From the IMG/VR virus record IMGVR_UViG_3300020438_000012, positions 38,474 to 102,473 of that record: a stretch of 64,000 bases of DNA; one strand, given 5' to 3'. Positions 1 to 8,586 of the stretch are shown in pieces; position 1 is the first letter of the stretch; the number at the start of each line of letters is the position of its first letter. Source of the DNA: a virus. The notes below the pieces were generated by a model. It had not been told where the DNA came from. It saw only the letters and a list, made by a program, of their open reading frames with translations, and ran no database searches. Position numbers and translations under genes: made by a program.

Positions 1-557
1 GTTCGCCTGGTAACTTCGTTGACAAGACCACCGGCGTTGAAGCTTTCCGTTCTTCTACTCTTGCGTCTGGTCCGGCATTCACCGGTACGGTTCGTGAGTG
101 GTATGAGACTCTTATCGAGACGATCATCGACGTTGGTAATACCATCCACCGTAAGACTCTCCGCGGCGCGGCGAACTTCATCGTGGTTGGCCCAGACGTT
201 GCAACGATCCTCGAGGCTTCTGTCTACTACCGTCCGTCTCTGAGCATCGACGGTGATGGTCAGGTTGCTACTCCATTCAGCCTAGGTGCTGAAAAGGTTG
301 GCACTCTTTCCAATCGTTTCACAGTCTACAAGGATCCATACTTCCCACGGAACAAGATTCTCGTCGGATACAAGGGTGGTTCCTACCTCGAGACTGGTTA
401 CGTCTACGCTCCGTACGTGCCGTTGATCATCACGCCTACAATCTTTGCCCCAGAGGACTTCACCCCGCGTAAGGGTGTTATGACTCGCTACGGCAAGAAG
501 CTTGTTCGTGCCGACTTCTACGGTACCGTCACCTGCCTTAAGATGAACATTATTTAA
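1..557 (+). CDS. Major capsid protein, T4 gp23-like (C-terminal part, truncated by window start)
   Basis: Frame open from nt 3 (…IHRKTLRGAANFIVVGPDVATILE…) through GYVYAPYVPL and FTPRKGVMTRYG, typical gp23 C-terminal motifs. Confidence 0.93.
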   Translation, partial: SPGNFVDKTTGVEAFRSSTLASGPAFTGTVREWYETLIETIIDVGNTIHRKTLRGAANFIVVGPDVATILEASVYYRPSLSIDGDGQVATPFSLGAEKVGTLSNRFTVYKDPYFPRNKILVGYKGGSYLETGYVYAPYVPLIITPTIFAPEDFTPRKGVMTRYGKKLVRADFYGTVTCLKMNII

Positions 558-579
558 TCTTTTAGATTATTAATTTTCT

Positions 580-610
580 GGGTCGCCCTTTTGGGCGACC
601 CTTTTTTTTT
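580..610 (+). terminator. Rho-independent terminator after the capsid gene
   Basis: GGGTCGCCC-TTTT-GGGCGACCC perfect 9-bp stem followed by a T run. Confidence 0.9.
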
Positions 611-625
611 ATAAAGCGTACAAAC

Positions 626-633
626 ATACTTAG
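626..633 (+). promoter_or_regulatory. Putative late promoter octamer ATACTTAG
   Basis: Recurrent ATAYTTAK motif upstream of structural and late genes. Confidence 0.55.
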
Positions 634-704
634 TAATAGTTCGGTTCAAATAATCACTCAACACCCCGGGGGGACCGAAGCATGGGGAGCAAGGAGAAAG
701 ATTT

Positions 705-1193
705 ATGCCAAAAGTAACAATTGATAACAGTAGAGGTCTCGTTCAAGAGACGGGGACCGGCGTGGTAATTAAAGCATCCGGGGCAATCGGTCAGAAATAT
801 ACCGCAGTCACATCACTCATCTCTGGCGGTGCCAACGATGTAGAAATGACACTAACACAACCTGCAAACTCTGTTCTTTGTGATGTAGGGTTTATTTTGA
901 CAACTGCAATTGCAGGTTCTAGTGGTAACTCAAACTTTAAGGTAGGAACTGCCGACGATGGCGCACAAATTGTTGCAGCAACTGCTTTGATGAGTTCAGC
1001 AACGGCTGCGGCAATTGGTTCCGGCATTACACTTTCTGGTCTTAAGAGTGAAGGAGCAGCAGCCCTTGCCATTGTAGCCGATGCTGCAGTCTACACGGCA
1101 ACAGAGCGAACACTTTTTCTTCGTCTTGAAAATTCTGCAGCAATTACTGCCGGTGCTGGAAAAGCATTCATTAGTTACATGATCTTGCCGTAG
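705..1193 (+). CDS. Putative capsid decoration protein, paralogue 1
   Basis: Directly after the capsid gene; Ala/Gly/Thr-rich; SD AAGGAG; clearly paralogous to the next ORF. Confidence 0.5.
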   Translation: MPKVTIDNSRGLVQETGTGVVIKASGAIGQKYTAVTSLISGGANDVEMTLTQPANSVLCDVGFILTTAIAGSSGNSNFKVGTADDGAQIVAATALMSSATAAAIGSGITLSGLKSEGAAALAIVADAAVYTATERTLFLRLENSAAITAGAGKAFISYMILP

Positions 1194-1219
1194 GGTTAGG
1201 ATTACAAAGGAGAAAAATT

Positions 1220-1711
1220 ATGCCAAAAGTTGTAATTACAAATTCTAAAGGTTTGGTTCAAGAGACCGGAACTGGCTTCGAGCCAAACACGTCGGGTCTA
1301 GCAAGAGTTTTTTGGACTGCCACTACGACCTTAAACGCTGTAGGGGCTAATGATGTAGAAATGACACTAACACAGCCTGCAAACACGGTCATTACTGATA
1401 TGGGCTGGGTCTTTGATACGAATCAAATTGCAGGTACATCGGGAAATAGCAAAATTAAATTCGGAACTGCTGACGACGGTGCTGAGCTAGTTGCTCTTAC
1501 CGACATCATGAGCAGTGCAACTGCAACTGCTGCCGGATCTGGTATCTCGCTTTCAGGTCTTCGAAGCGAAGGAGATGCGGCTCTTGTCGTAGTTAACAGT
1601 GCACCGATGTACACGGCAACTGCGAGAACTGTTTTTATTCGCATTGAAAATTCAGCTGCAGTTACAGCAGGGGAAGGTCGTGCGTTTATAGTCTGCGAGA
1701 ATCTTGGATAA
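1220..1711 (+). CDS. Putative capsid decoration protein, paralogue 2
   Basis: Shares GLVQETGTG, GANDVEMTLTQPAN, GTADDGA and ENSAA with 705..1193. Confidence 0.5.
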   Translation: MPKVVITNSKGLVQETGTGFEPNTSGLARVFWTATTTLNAVGANDVEMTLTQPANTVITDMGWVFDTNQIAGTSGNSKIKFGTADDGAELVALTDIMSSATATAAGSGISLSGLRSEGDAALVVVNSAPMYTATARTVFIRIENSAAVTAGEGRAFIVCENLG

Positions 1712-1730
1712 ACATAGTTTGTTAAATGGT

Positions 1731-1760
1731 GGGAAAGGCTTTCCAAAAAAAGCCTTTCCT
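1731..1760. terminator. Hairpin, probable terminator
   Basis: GGAAAGGCTTT…AAAGCCTTTCC inverted repeat after the paralogue pair. Confidence 0.65.
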
Positions 1761-1792
1761 ACTTGAATTGATACATAGAATACGAGGTAAAA

Positions 1793-2044
1793 ATGGCGAC
1801 AAGAAAACTTAGCAATAAAGCTAGCAATGAGAAAGTAACAACATCAAAAAAAACTTCCACAACAAAGAAAGTTTCTACAGCAAAGAAAACTACGGTTGCA
1901 AAAAGACCGCTGCTTAGAAAACCTACCCATGAAGAACTCATGAGTGGCGGAAAAGGACTAAGTGGAGAAGCTAAACAGGTTGTAGAAGATTTTCTTGCAA
2001 ACAACCCTGATGCGCGTTTGTTTCTAGATCTAGCAAAAAAGTAG
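1793..2044 (+). CDS. Small Lys/Thr-rich basic protein
   Basis: ORF with SD GAGG; histone-like low-complexity N-terminus. Confidence 0.6.
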   Translation: MATRKLSNKASNEKVTTSKKTSTTKKVSTAKKTTVAKRPLLRKPTHEELMSGGKGLSGEAKQVVEDFLANNPDARLFLDLAKK

Positions 2045-2106
2045 CTTATACAAATTCGGATTTGAAGTTAGCTTAGCTTGCTTCATCTCCGTTTGTTCCA
2101 CCTGTG

Positions 2107-2114
2107 ATACTTAT
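2107..2114 (+). promoter_or_regulatory. Putative late promoter ATACTTAT
   Basis: Motif 14 nt upstream of the neck gene ATG. Confidence 0.6.
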
Positions 2115-2128
2115 GTACAGGTGAAACA

Positions 2129-3319
2129 ATGTCCTCCTTTACTACAACAGCAAATCCAACACCTTTTGGGTTCTTTGATGCCGATAGCGGCTTCCAGTCA
2201 GATGCCGACAGCATGGTCACTTTTGTCAAGCGAAAGCTTGGTGATGACGTTCTTTCTGTAGAGCTGACGAAAAAAATGGTCTGGGCATGCTTTGAAGAGG
2301 CAACCTTAGAATATAGTTCTATTATCAACATGCACGAAGCAGAAAGCACGTTGATGAATCTATTAGGTGTTGCAACTGGATCTGCAGTTTCCGGAAGCTT
2401 TAACATTGGACCTCACGGAAAAGAAGCACTGCTCCAGAGGTTTAATCTAGATTTTGCATCGAGGACTGCTTCTGCTTTTTCTACGGAAGCTTTTGTGGGT
2501 GGAGATTATAATCAAATTAGCGGGTCGATTCAGCTAGTTAGCGGACAGCAAGATTATGACATCTATTCAGAACTTAAAGATGAAGCCGGAACTGCGCTTA
2601 CTGCTTCAATGTCTTCTCCTGGGAAAATGAGAGTTACAGAAGTATTTCACTTCGACCCTCAGGCTGCCTATAGATTCTTCGATACGACTTCGGCCATGAA
2701 CTATCTTTCTAACGAATTTGCTTTTGAAAGTTTTACTCCCGAAACTGTTTTCTATGTTTTGCCTGTCTTTGAAGATGTTCTTCGAGCAGGGCAAATGGAT
2801 CTCTCTAATAGAGTTCGGCGCTCTAATTTTTCTTACAAGATTATTGGAACAAAGATTCGAGTGTATCCTACGCCAACGGCAGAAAGTCCTAAAAAGCTTT
2901 TTATGAGAGTTCTTCTCGGCGCAGATCCGTTTAATCCTGCGTATGAGGATGCATCAATATTTGGAACATCAAATGCTTCAAATGCCCCACTTGGACACCT
3001 AACATATCAGAACGTCAACTCGACGGGCAGACAGTGGATCAGGCAGTACTCGCTCTCTTGCGCAAAAGAACTTCTTGGAATGGTAAGAAATAAATTTTCA
3101 TCTGTCCCTATTCCTGGAGGCGACGTTACTTTAAATGGCGCCGAACTTGTATCACAGGGCCAAGCAGAAAAAGAAGCTTATCGAACTCAGCTAAAGGAGC
3201 AGCTCGACAAATTAACTTATGGCGCACTGATTACATCTGCTGCCGACGAAGCAGAAGCTTTAAACAGGTTGCTTAGGCTTATTCCAATGCCTAACGGTCT
3301 AACAATTTTTACGGGGTGA
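2129..3319 (+). CDS. Neck / head-completion protein (T4 gp13-like)
   Basis: VKRKLG..VLSVELT N-terminus; WIRQYSLSCAKELLGMVRNKF…PGGDVTLNG C-terminus; position in module. Confidence 0.75.
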   Translation: MSSFTTTANPTPFGFFDADSGFQSDADSMVTFVKRKLGDDVLSVELTKKMVWACFEEATLEYSSIINMHEAESTLMNLLGVATGSAVSGSFNIGPHGKEALLQRFNLDFASRTASAFSTEAFVGGDYNQISGSIQLVSGQQDYDIYSELKDEAGTALTASMSSPGKMRVTEVFHFDPQAAYRFFDTTSAMNYLSNEFAFESFTPETVFYVLPVFEDVLRAGQMDLSNRVRRSNFSYKIIGTKIRVYPTPTAESPKKLFMRVLLGADPFNPAYEDASIFGTSNASNAPLGHLTYQNVNSTGRQWIRQYSLSCAKELLGMVRNKFSSVPIPGGDVTLNGAELVSQGQAEKEAYRTQLKEQLDKLTYGALITSAADEAEALNRLLRLIPMPNGLTIFTG

Positions 3320-3322
3320 TAA

Positions 3323-3994
3323 ATGGCCAGACTATTCATTACTTCTAGAGAGATTGACTTTATTGCCGACGTCACTAAAGAGCTGACGAAGGATGTCATA
3401 GGCCAGAAAATTTACTACTACCATGTTAGAGAAGACCTTTCCGAAGTAAACGAGGTTTACGAAGAAGCTCCCGAGAAAGTATTTGATCCTCCAGTTGAAA
3501 TTGAATGCCTCGTAGCCTTTCAGCCTGGCGAATTTGTTTCTAACCGTTTCGGCGTCGACGAAAAATACAAGCAAGAAGTCTACATTCAATGGAGAGATCT
3601 CGTTGACAAAGGTTTAAACGAAACCGTACAAACTGGTGATTATTACAGCTATGGTCCTAACTTCTTTGAGATTACATCCGTTGTTTTTGATAAAGAAGTA
3701 TTTGGACAGATCGATCACTATGTTGGCGTTACGATGTTAGGTGTTCAAGCACGTCAAGGTCAGATCAGGTTTCAGCCTATTGGCCCAATCGGCGAGGAGT
3801 ATACTGACGAAGGTGCCGTACAAGACGTATTTGTGCAGCAGAGGGGACTTGAAGAAAATAGACTTGGTGCTACTAACGATAAAAGAGCGTTGCAAGAGAA
3901 CGGTGTTCTAGACAGTCCAATTACAGGTCCTGCAGAGGTTAGCCCCCAGGGCTCCGATAGTAAGGCCGGTTCTTCATTTTATGATGAGTCATAA
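3323..3994 (+). CDS. Neck / head-closure protein (T4 gp14-like)
   Basis: GQKIYYY…VYEEA..KVFDPPVEI pattern; follows the gp13-like gene. Confidence 0.6.
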   Translation: MARLFITSREIDFIADVTKELTKDVIGQKIYYYHVREDLSEVNEVYEEAPEKVFDPPVEIECLVAFQPGEFVSNRFGVDEKYKQEVYIQWRDLVDKGLNETVQTGDYYSYGPNFFEITSVVFDKEVFGQIDHYVGVTMLGVQARQGQIRFQPIGPIGEEYTDEGAVQDVFVQQRGLEENRLGATNDKRALQENGVLDSPITGPAEVSPQGSDSKAGSSFYDES

Positions 3995-5289
3995 TGTCAA
4001 CAAGATACTCAAAAACTTCGAATCACGAATTTGACACTCCGCAAGGATATGAAGGGTCTACAGCTCCGGAAGACTTTACTATTCCTTCGTGCACCATTGA
4101 AGACGTTGACAAGGCCGTATTTAATCTTTTTGAAAAAGATATACCGCTTTTTTACCTGATAGGGAAAGAGACTAGAAGAATACCGGTAATATTCGCAACA
4201 GGCGAGCGTTTTGCTATACTTCGTAGAAAACAACCTTTAAGAGACGAAAATAGCGTTGTTATTCTTCCCTTAATATCAATCATGAGAACAAGCGTCGATC
4301 AGAAACCTTCGATTGGTAACGGACCTCAGCAAACACTCCCGCAAGTTATTAGGCGGCGACTTAGTAAAGAAGATCCAAAATATCAAAGACTCTTAAACAA
4401 ACTAGGTCTAAAAAACCAAGGCGAGCTTGGAGCAGAAGACACAAGAAGAACGACAGAGGGTGTTGACGATTATTTAAAGGAATCTGGGAATGTTTTACGT
4501 TCGGTTCTTAATAACAACTTAGTAGAAACGATAGAAATTCCACCGGTAAAATACTACCAAGCTAGTTACGAAATCACTGTTTGGACTCAGTATACCGCTC
4601 AGATGAATGACGTTCTATCTGCAATTATGTCATCATACACCAATATGCATATGCGTGAGTTTCGTCTCGAGACAGACAAAGGCTACTGGTTTGTTGGATA
4701 TGTCGATAGCACGTTTTCCCCAGGCAATAACTTTGATGAGTTCTCGTCCGAAGAAAGGATTGTAAGGTATTCTTTTAATTTAGATGTCGTTGCATACCTT
4801 ATTGAACCAGACATTCCAGGAAGGCCTGTTGGCGTTAGAAGCTTTGTGTCTGCACCAACACTCGAGTTTGTCGTAGAAGACATACCCGCATTACCACTTG
4901 CCGTTGGAGGTCCTGCCTCTGGCGATATCAATGCTTATGTTCTACAGGATTTAGATGCTGTTGATGCTTTACTTCCTGGTCAAGCCATTGGATCGTCTTC
5001 AACAGCTTCGGCTGCTATGGCTGCAAATGGCGAATCTGGAACCGGGGCTTATCGAGCATCTTCCGATGCCCGAAGCCCACAATCATCTGAGCCACCACTT
5101 CAGAAATCGACGTCTGTAGGAACGACAAGCTCCGGTCCGGGTACAGAAATAATTAGAAGAACAATTGTTGATGAACAGACAGGTAATCGGAAAGAAGTGC
5201 TAGTTAGAGTAAAGGGAAGAAACTCTAGAAAAGGTGAGACGGTTCTTCGCGGAGAGATAGGAACTACTCTTGAAGACATTGTCTCTTGA
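3994..5289 (+). CDS. Tail terminator / sheath-stabilising protein (T4 gp15-like)
   Basis: IPVIFATGERF, LPLISIMRT, YEITVWTQY motifs; immediately before the sheath genes. Confidence 0.6.
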   Translation: MSTRYSKTSNHEFDTPQGYEGSTAPEDFTIPSCTIEDVDKAVFNLFEKDIPLFYLIGKETRRIPVIFATGERFAILRRKQPLRDENSVVILPLISIMRTSVDQKPSIGNGPQQTLPQVIRRRLSKEDPKYQRLLNKLGLKNQGELGAEDTRRTTEGVDDYLKESGNVLRSVLNNNLVETIEIPPVKYYQASYEITVWTQYTAQMNDVLSAIMSSYTNMHMREFRLETDKGYWFVGYVDSTFSPGNNFDEFSSEERIVRYSFNLDVVAYLIEPDIPGRPVGVRSFVSAPTLEFVVEDIPALPLAVGGPASGDINAYVLQDLDAVDALLPGQAIGSSSTASAAMAANGESGTGAYRASSDARSPQSSEPPLQKSTSVGTTSSGPGTEIIRRTIVDEQTGNRKEVLVRVKGRNSRKGETVLRGEIGTTLEDIVS

Positions 5290-5307
5290 CTTATCAAATT
5301 TGAAAGC

Positions 5308-5315
5308 ATATTTAT
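5308..5315 (+). promoter_or_regulatory. Putative late promoter ATATTTAT
   Basis: Motif in the intergenic gap before sheath 1. Confidence 0.6.
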
Positions 5316-5342
5316 CGATGAACATATTGGGAGATAAGCTCC

Positions 5343-8300
5343 ATGGCGGAACAGACATTTAGATCACCAGGCTTCTTTGAGCAGGAGATCGACTTATCCG
5401 GTCGAACGCAAGCTGTTGAAGGCGTCCCGGCAGGAATTATTGGAACATCAAAGCGTGGACCAGCTTTTGTACCTGTTACAATCGGTACTTTTGCCGATTT
5501 TCAGCAAACATTCGGTGGACTAGATCCGAAGCGTTTTGCTCCTTATGCGGTTGAGCAATGGCTTAAGAATAGAACCGCTGTAACTTTTACAAGGGTCTTA
5601 GGCGCCGGCGCAAATAGAACAGCCGAAGATATTGCTCGAACGCGCCAGTATGGCGTTGCAAAGGCTGCAGGGTTCATCATCAGTGGATCTCAGAACGCAG
5701 GGGCTTCCTATGCACGTTCACAGGGTTCTGTAAAGTTTCTCTGTGCTGTGCACGATGCCGTTGCTCAAGAAACGCAAGGTTTCCCTGTCCTTACTGACAA
5801 TGCGTCGATTGCTAGTGCAGATGCTGCAAACCTAGTAAGAGGAATGGTTCTTCTAGCTTCCGGAACTTCGATGTTTGTTACGGGAACTGAGTTAGGCCTT
5901 AGTTCTATGACTCCAGCCTTGATTGCCGGAGATACGCTGGCTGACGACGCAACTGCTGATGCATCGGGAGACTTTAGAATTATTCTCTCATCGTCTGCCA
6001 CTAACTTTACAAACGATGCAGGCAAAAAGGGTGGAAACACTCAAGCAAAAATCTTTGCAGCATCTTTTGTTCCACAAAGTGAAAACTACATCGGAAAAGT
6101 TCTTAACACTGATCCACTAAAATTCCAGCAAGAGCAGCATCTATTATATGCCGACTTCCTTGTTGAAGACGAACTTGCAACTACAAAGTCAAAAGCGGTA
6201 GCAATCGTTTCAGGTTCGGCAACAACCGCCGCGCAGAGCGCAGCGGGCGGAACAACGGGTAAGTTTGAAGACTTCTTTGGAAGATTCGATGCTAGGTACA
6301 CAACACCAACCACGACAAACGTAACATCTCAGCCTTTCGGAAAAAAGGTTTATGATCTATTCAGGTTTGAAACGCTGGATGATGGTGAGTTTGCAAATAA
6401 TCGATTTAAGATTTCGATTGCAAACATTGTTGCTTCTACAGATCCTTCCAACAAGTTTGGAAAGTTTGATGTTCAGGTAAGAGCATTTAGTGACACGGAT
6501 CTAGCACCTCAGATTTTAGAAGTATTCCCAGAGTGTAATCTTGACCCTACGAGTGATCGATATATCGCCGCGGTAGTCGGTGACAAGAAAGTTGTCTTTG
6601 ATCATGATGCTCAAATTGCGGAAGAGCGCAGGCTTGTTATTACAGGCAAATATGCGAACGTTTCGAGATTCATAAGAGTGCTTCCGGAAACAGGCGTTCA
6701 AGATGGAGACGTTCCTAACGATGCACTTCCTTTCGGTTTCAGAGGCATTCCGGTTGTTAAGACATCAGATACAATGACCGACACTAAGGCCGCCCTGGCT
6801 TTTGATGGGCGGACCCTAGGCGTAGAATCAGCATTCAGACTGCACGGCGTTGTTTCGGAGACTAAGGCAACTGCCGCGGCCAACGGTCTAACAGGCTCAA
6901 TTGTTCCTCCGCTACCTCTTCGCTACAAAGTCACTCGCGGAGCTACTCTTGGAACTGGATACGAAGGCAATCCTGGCGCCGATGAAAGAACCGACGGTAG
7001 ATTCTATTGGGGTGTCAAGTTTGAAAAAATGGCACACACAGAATCGCTAGGAACCCCGGTTCTAAATCCCAATGTTTCTTCAACACCTAATCCTCTAGTT
7101 GCAGCATATACCAAGTTAACTGGAATCTCTAAGCTTGATATGAGCGTTACGGGATCCGGCGCCGATGCGTTTAACAATAATGCTTTCACTCTTTCTCGAG
7201 TGGCTGTCGGCCCTGATACGGATAACGGTACCCCTGCAACTCCGCCTACAAAGTTTGCTGAGATTACTGGATCTGCAAAAGCACACATGCTTTCATCGGT
7301 CTACGTAAGAAATGGTACTCTTAAGTCTAACGTTGTAGACTCAGTTACGCAACAATACGTTGTTGATACTTCGCTAAACTCTAACCGAGTTACTTTGGCG
7401 ACTTTGCTTGCGTCCTCTTCGGTTGTGTTTAATAGGTTTACTCCTTTTGCTAAGTTTACAATTCCATTCCACGGTGGCACAGACGGATTCAACTTGCTTG
7501 ATCCCGATGCCGGCTTTGGCAATGATCGATCTACGTCACAAGATGCAGGTGGTTTAGCAGGATCGACAGCAGATATCGGCCTAAGAGCAACTTCTTACAT
7601 TGCTGATGCTCCTGGGGAAAGCACTAACGCCATGGGAATTGGTTTTAACAACAACTCAATTTCTTCCTTTAGGACTGCTGCAGAAATTAACACAGACCCG
7701 TTTGCGGTTAGGATTAATCTTCTGGCGATTCCTGGAATTAAGGATGCGGCAGTTTCAGACTTTGCAAGTGAGCGCATGCGAGATTACAGCCAAGGGTTGT
7801 ACGTTATGGATATTCCTGAATTTGGAATGAAAGACGGAACTACATCAACTCGGCTGTTTGATGACAGCACTCTTCGCGCGGACGTTTTAGAAACTGCTGA
7901 GCAATTTGCCGGAAGAGCGCTTGACAACAGTTTCGTTACATCATATTTCCCAAGCGTTATTATTGAAGATAGTCAAAACAAGCGTCGAGTCAAGGTTCCG
8001 CCTTCGATTGCTGCGCTTGCTGCTTTTGGTTTTAATGATCGTGTTGCTTATCCATGGTTTGCGCCGGCAGGGTTTAACAGAGGCGCTCTTGAGTTTGTCA
8101 AGAATACATCTACTAGACTTACGCAAGCCGATAGAGATACCCTGTATGAAAACAGGATCAATCCGATTGCAAACTTCCCAACAGGTGGATTTGTTATCTT
8201 CGGGCAGAAGACACTTCAGCAGACCTCCTCTGCACTCGACCGTGTAAATGTTAGAAGAATGTTGCTTGAAGTGAAGAGAATTATTTCCCAAGTTGCAAGA

Positions 8301-8552
8301 AACCTCTTGTTCGAACAGAATAACGCAACTACGAGGAATCGCTTTGTCTCTCAGACAACGCCGCTTCTTGCGCTTATTCAAGCTCAGCAGGGAATTGAAT
8401 CTTTTCAAGTTGTCATGGACAATACAAATAATACCGAGCTCGACAGAGAGCAAAATAGGCTTAACGGCAGAATTGTTGTGGTCCCAACAAGAGCAATCGA
8501 GTTTGTTGCTATTGACTTCATCATAACAAATGCCGGAGTATCCTTCGAATGA
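5343..8552 (+). CDS. Tail sheath protein 1
   Basis: SPGFFEQEID N-terminus; PWFAPAGFNRG, RINPIA, FGQKTLQ, DRVNVRR, PTRAIEFVAIDF C-terminal sheath motifs. Confidence 0.95.
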   Translation: MAEQTFRSPGFFEQEIDLSGRTQAVEGVPAGIIGTSKRGPAFVPVTIGTFADFQQTFGGLDPKRFAPYAVEQWLKNRTAVTFTRVLGAGANRTAEDIARTRQYGVAKAAGFIISGSQNAGASYARSQGSVKFLCAVHDAVAQETQGFPVLTDNASIASADAANLVRGMVLLASGTSMFVTGTELGLSSMTPALIAGDTLADDATADASGDFRIILSSSATNFTNDAGKKGGNTQAKIFAASFVPQSENYIGKVLNTDPLKFQQEQHLLYADFLVEDELATTKSKAVAIVSGSATTAAQSAAGGTTGKFEDFFGRFDARYTTPTTTNVTSQPFGKKVYDLFRFETLDDGEFANNRFKISIANIVASTDPSNKFGKFDVQVRAFSDTDLAPQILEVFPECNLDPTSDRYIAAVVGDKKVVFDHDAQIAEERRLVITGKYANVSRFIRVLPETGVQDGDVPNDALPFGFRGIPVVKTSDTMTDTKAALAFDGRTLGVESAFRLHGVVSETKATAAANGLTGSIVPPLPLRYKVTRGATLGTGYEGNPGADERTDGRFYWGVKFEKMAHTESLGTPVLNPNVSSTPNPLVAAYTKLTGISKLDMSVTGSGADAFNNNAFTLSRVAVGPDTDNGTPATPPTKFAEITGSAKAHMLSSVYVRNGTLKSNVVDSVTQQYVVDTSLNSNRVTLATLLASSSVVFNRFTPFAKFTIPFHGGTDGFNLLDPDAGFGNDRSTSQDAGGLAGSTADIGLRATSYIADAPGESTNAMGIGFNNNSISSFRTAAEINTDPFAVRINLLAIPGIKDAAVSDFASERMRDYSQGLYVMDIPEFGMKDGTTSTRLFDDSTLRADVLETAEQFAGRALDNSFVTSYFPSVIIEDSQNKRRVKVPPSIAALAAFGFNDRVAYPWFAPAGFNRGALEFVKNTSTRLTQADRDTLYENRINPIANFPTGGFVIFGQKTLQQTSSALDRVNVRRMLLEVKRIISQVARNLLFEQNNATTRNRFVSQTTPLLALIQAQQGIESFQVVMDNTNNTELDREQNRLNGRIVVVPTRAIEFVAIDFIITNAGVSFE

Positions 8553-8586
8553 AATATATATTACTAGCAAGATTGGAGCATAACAG

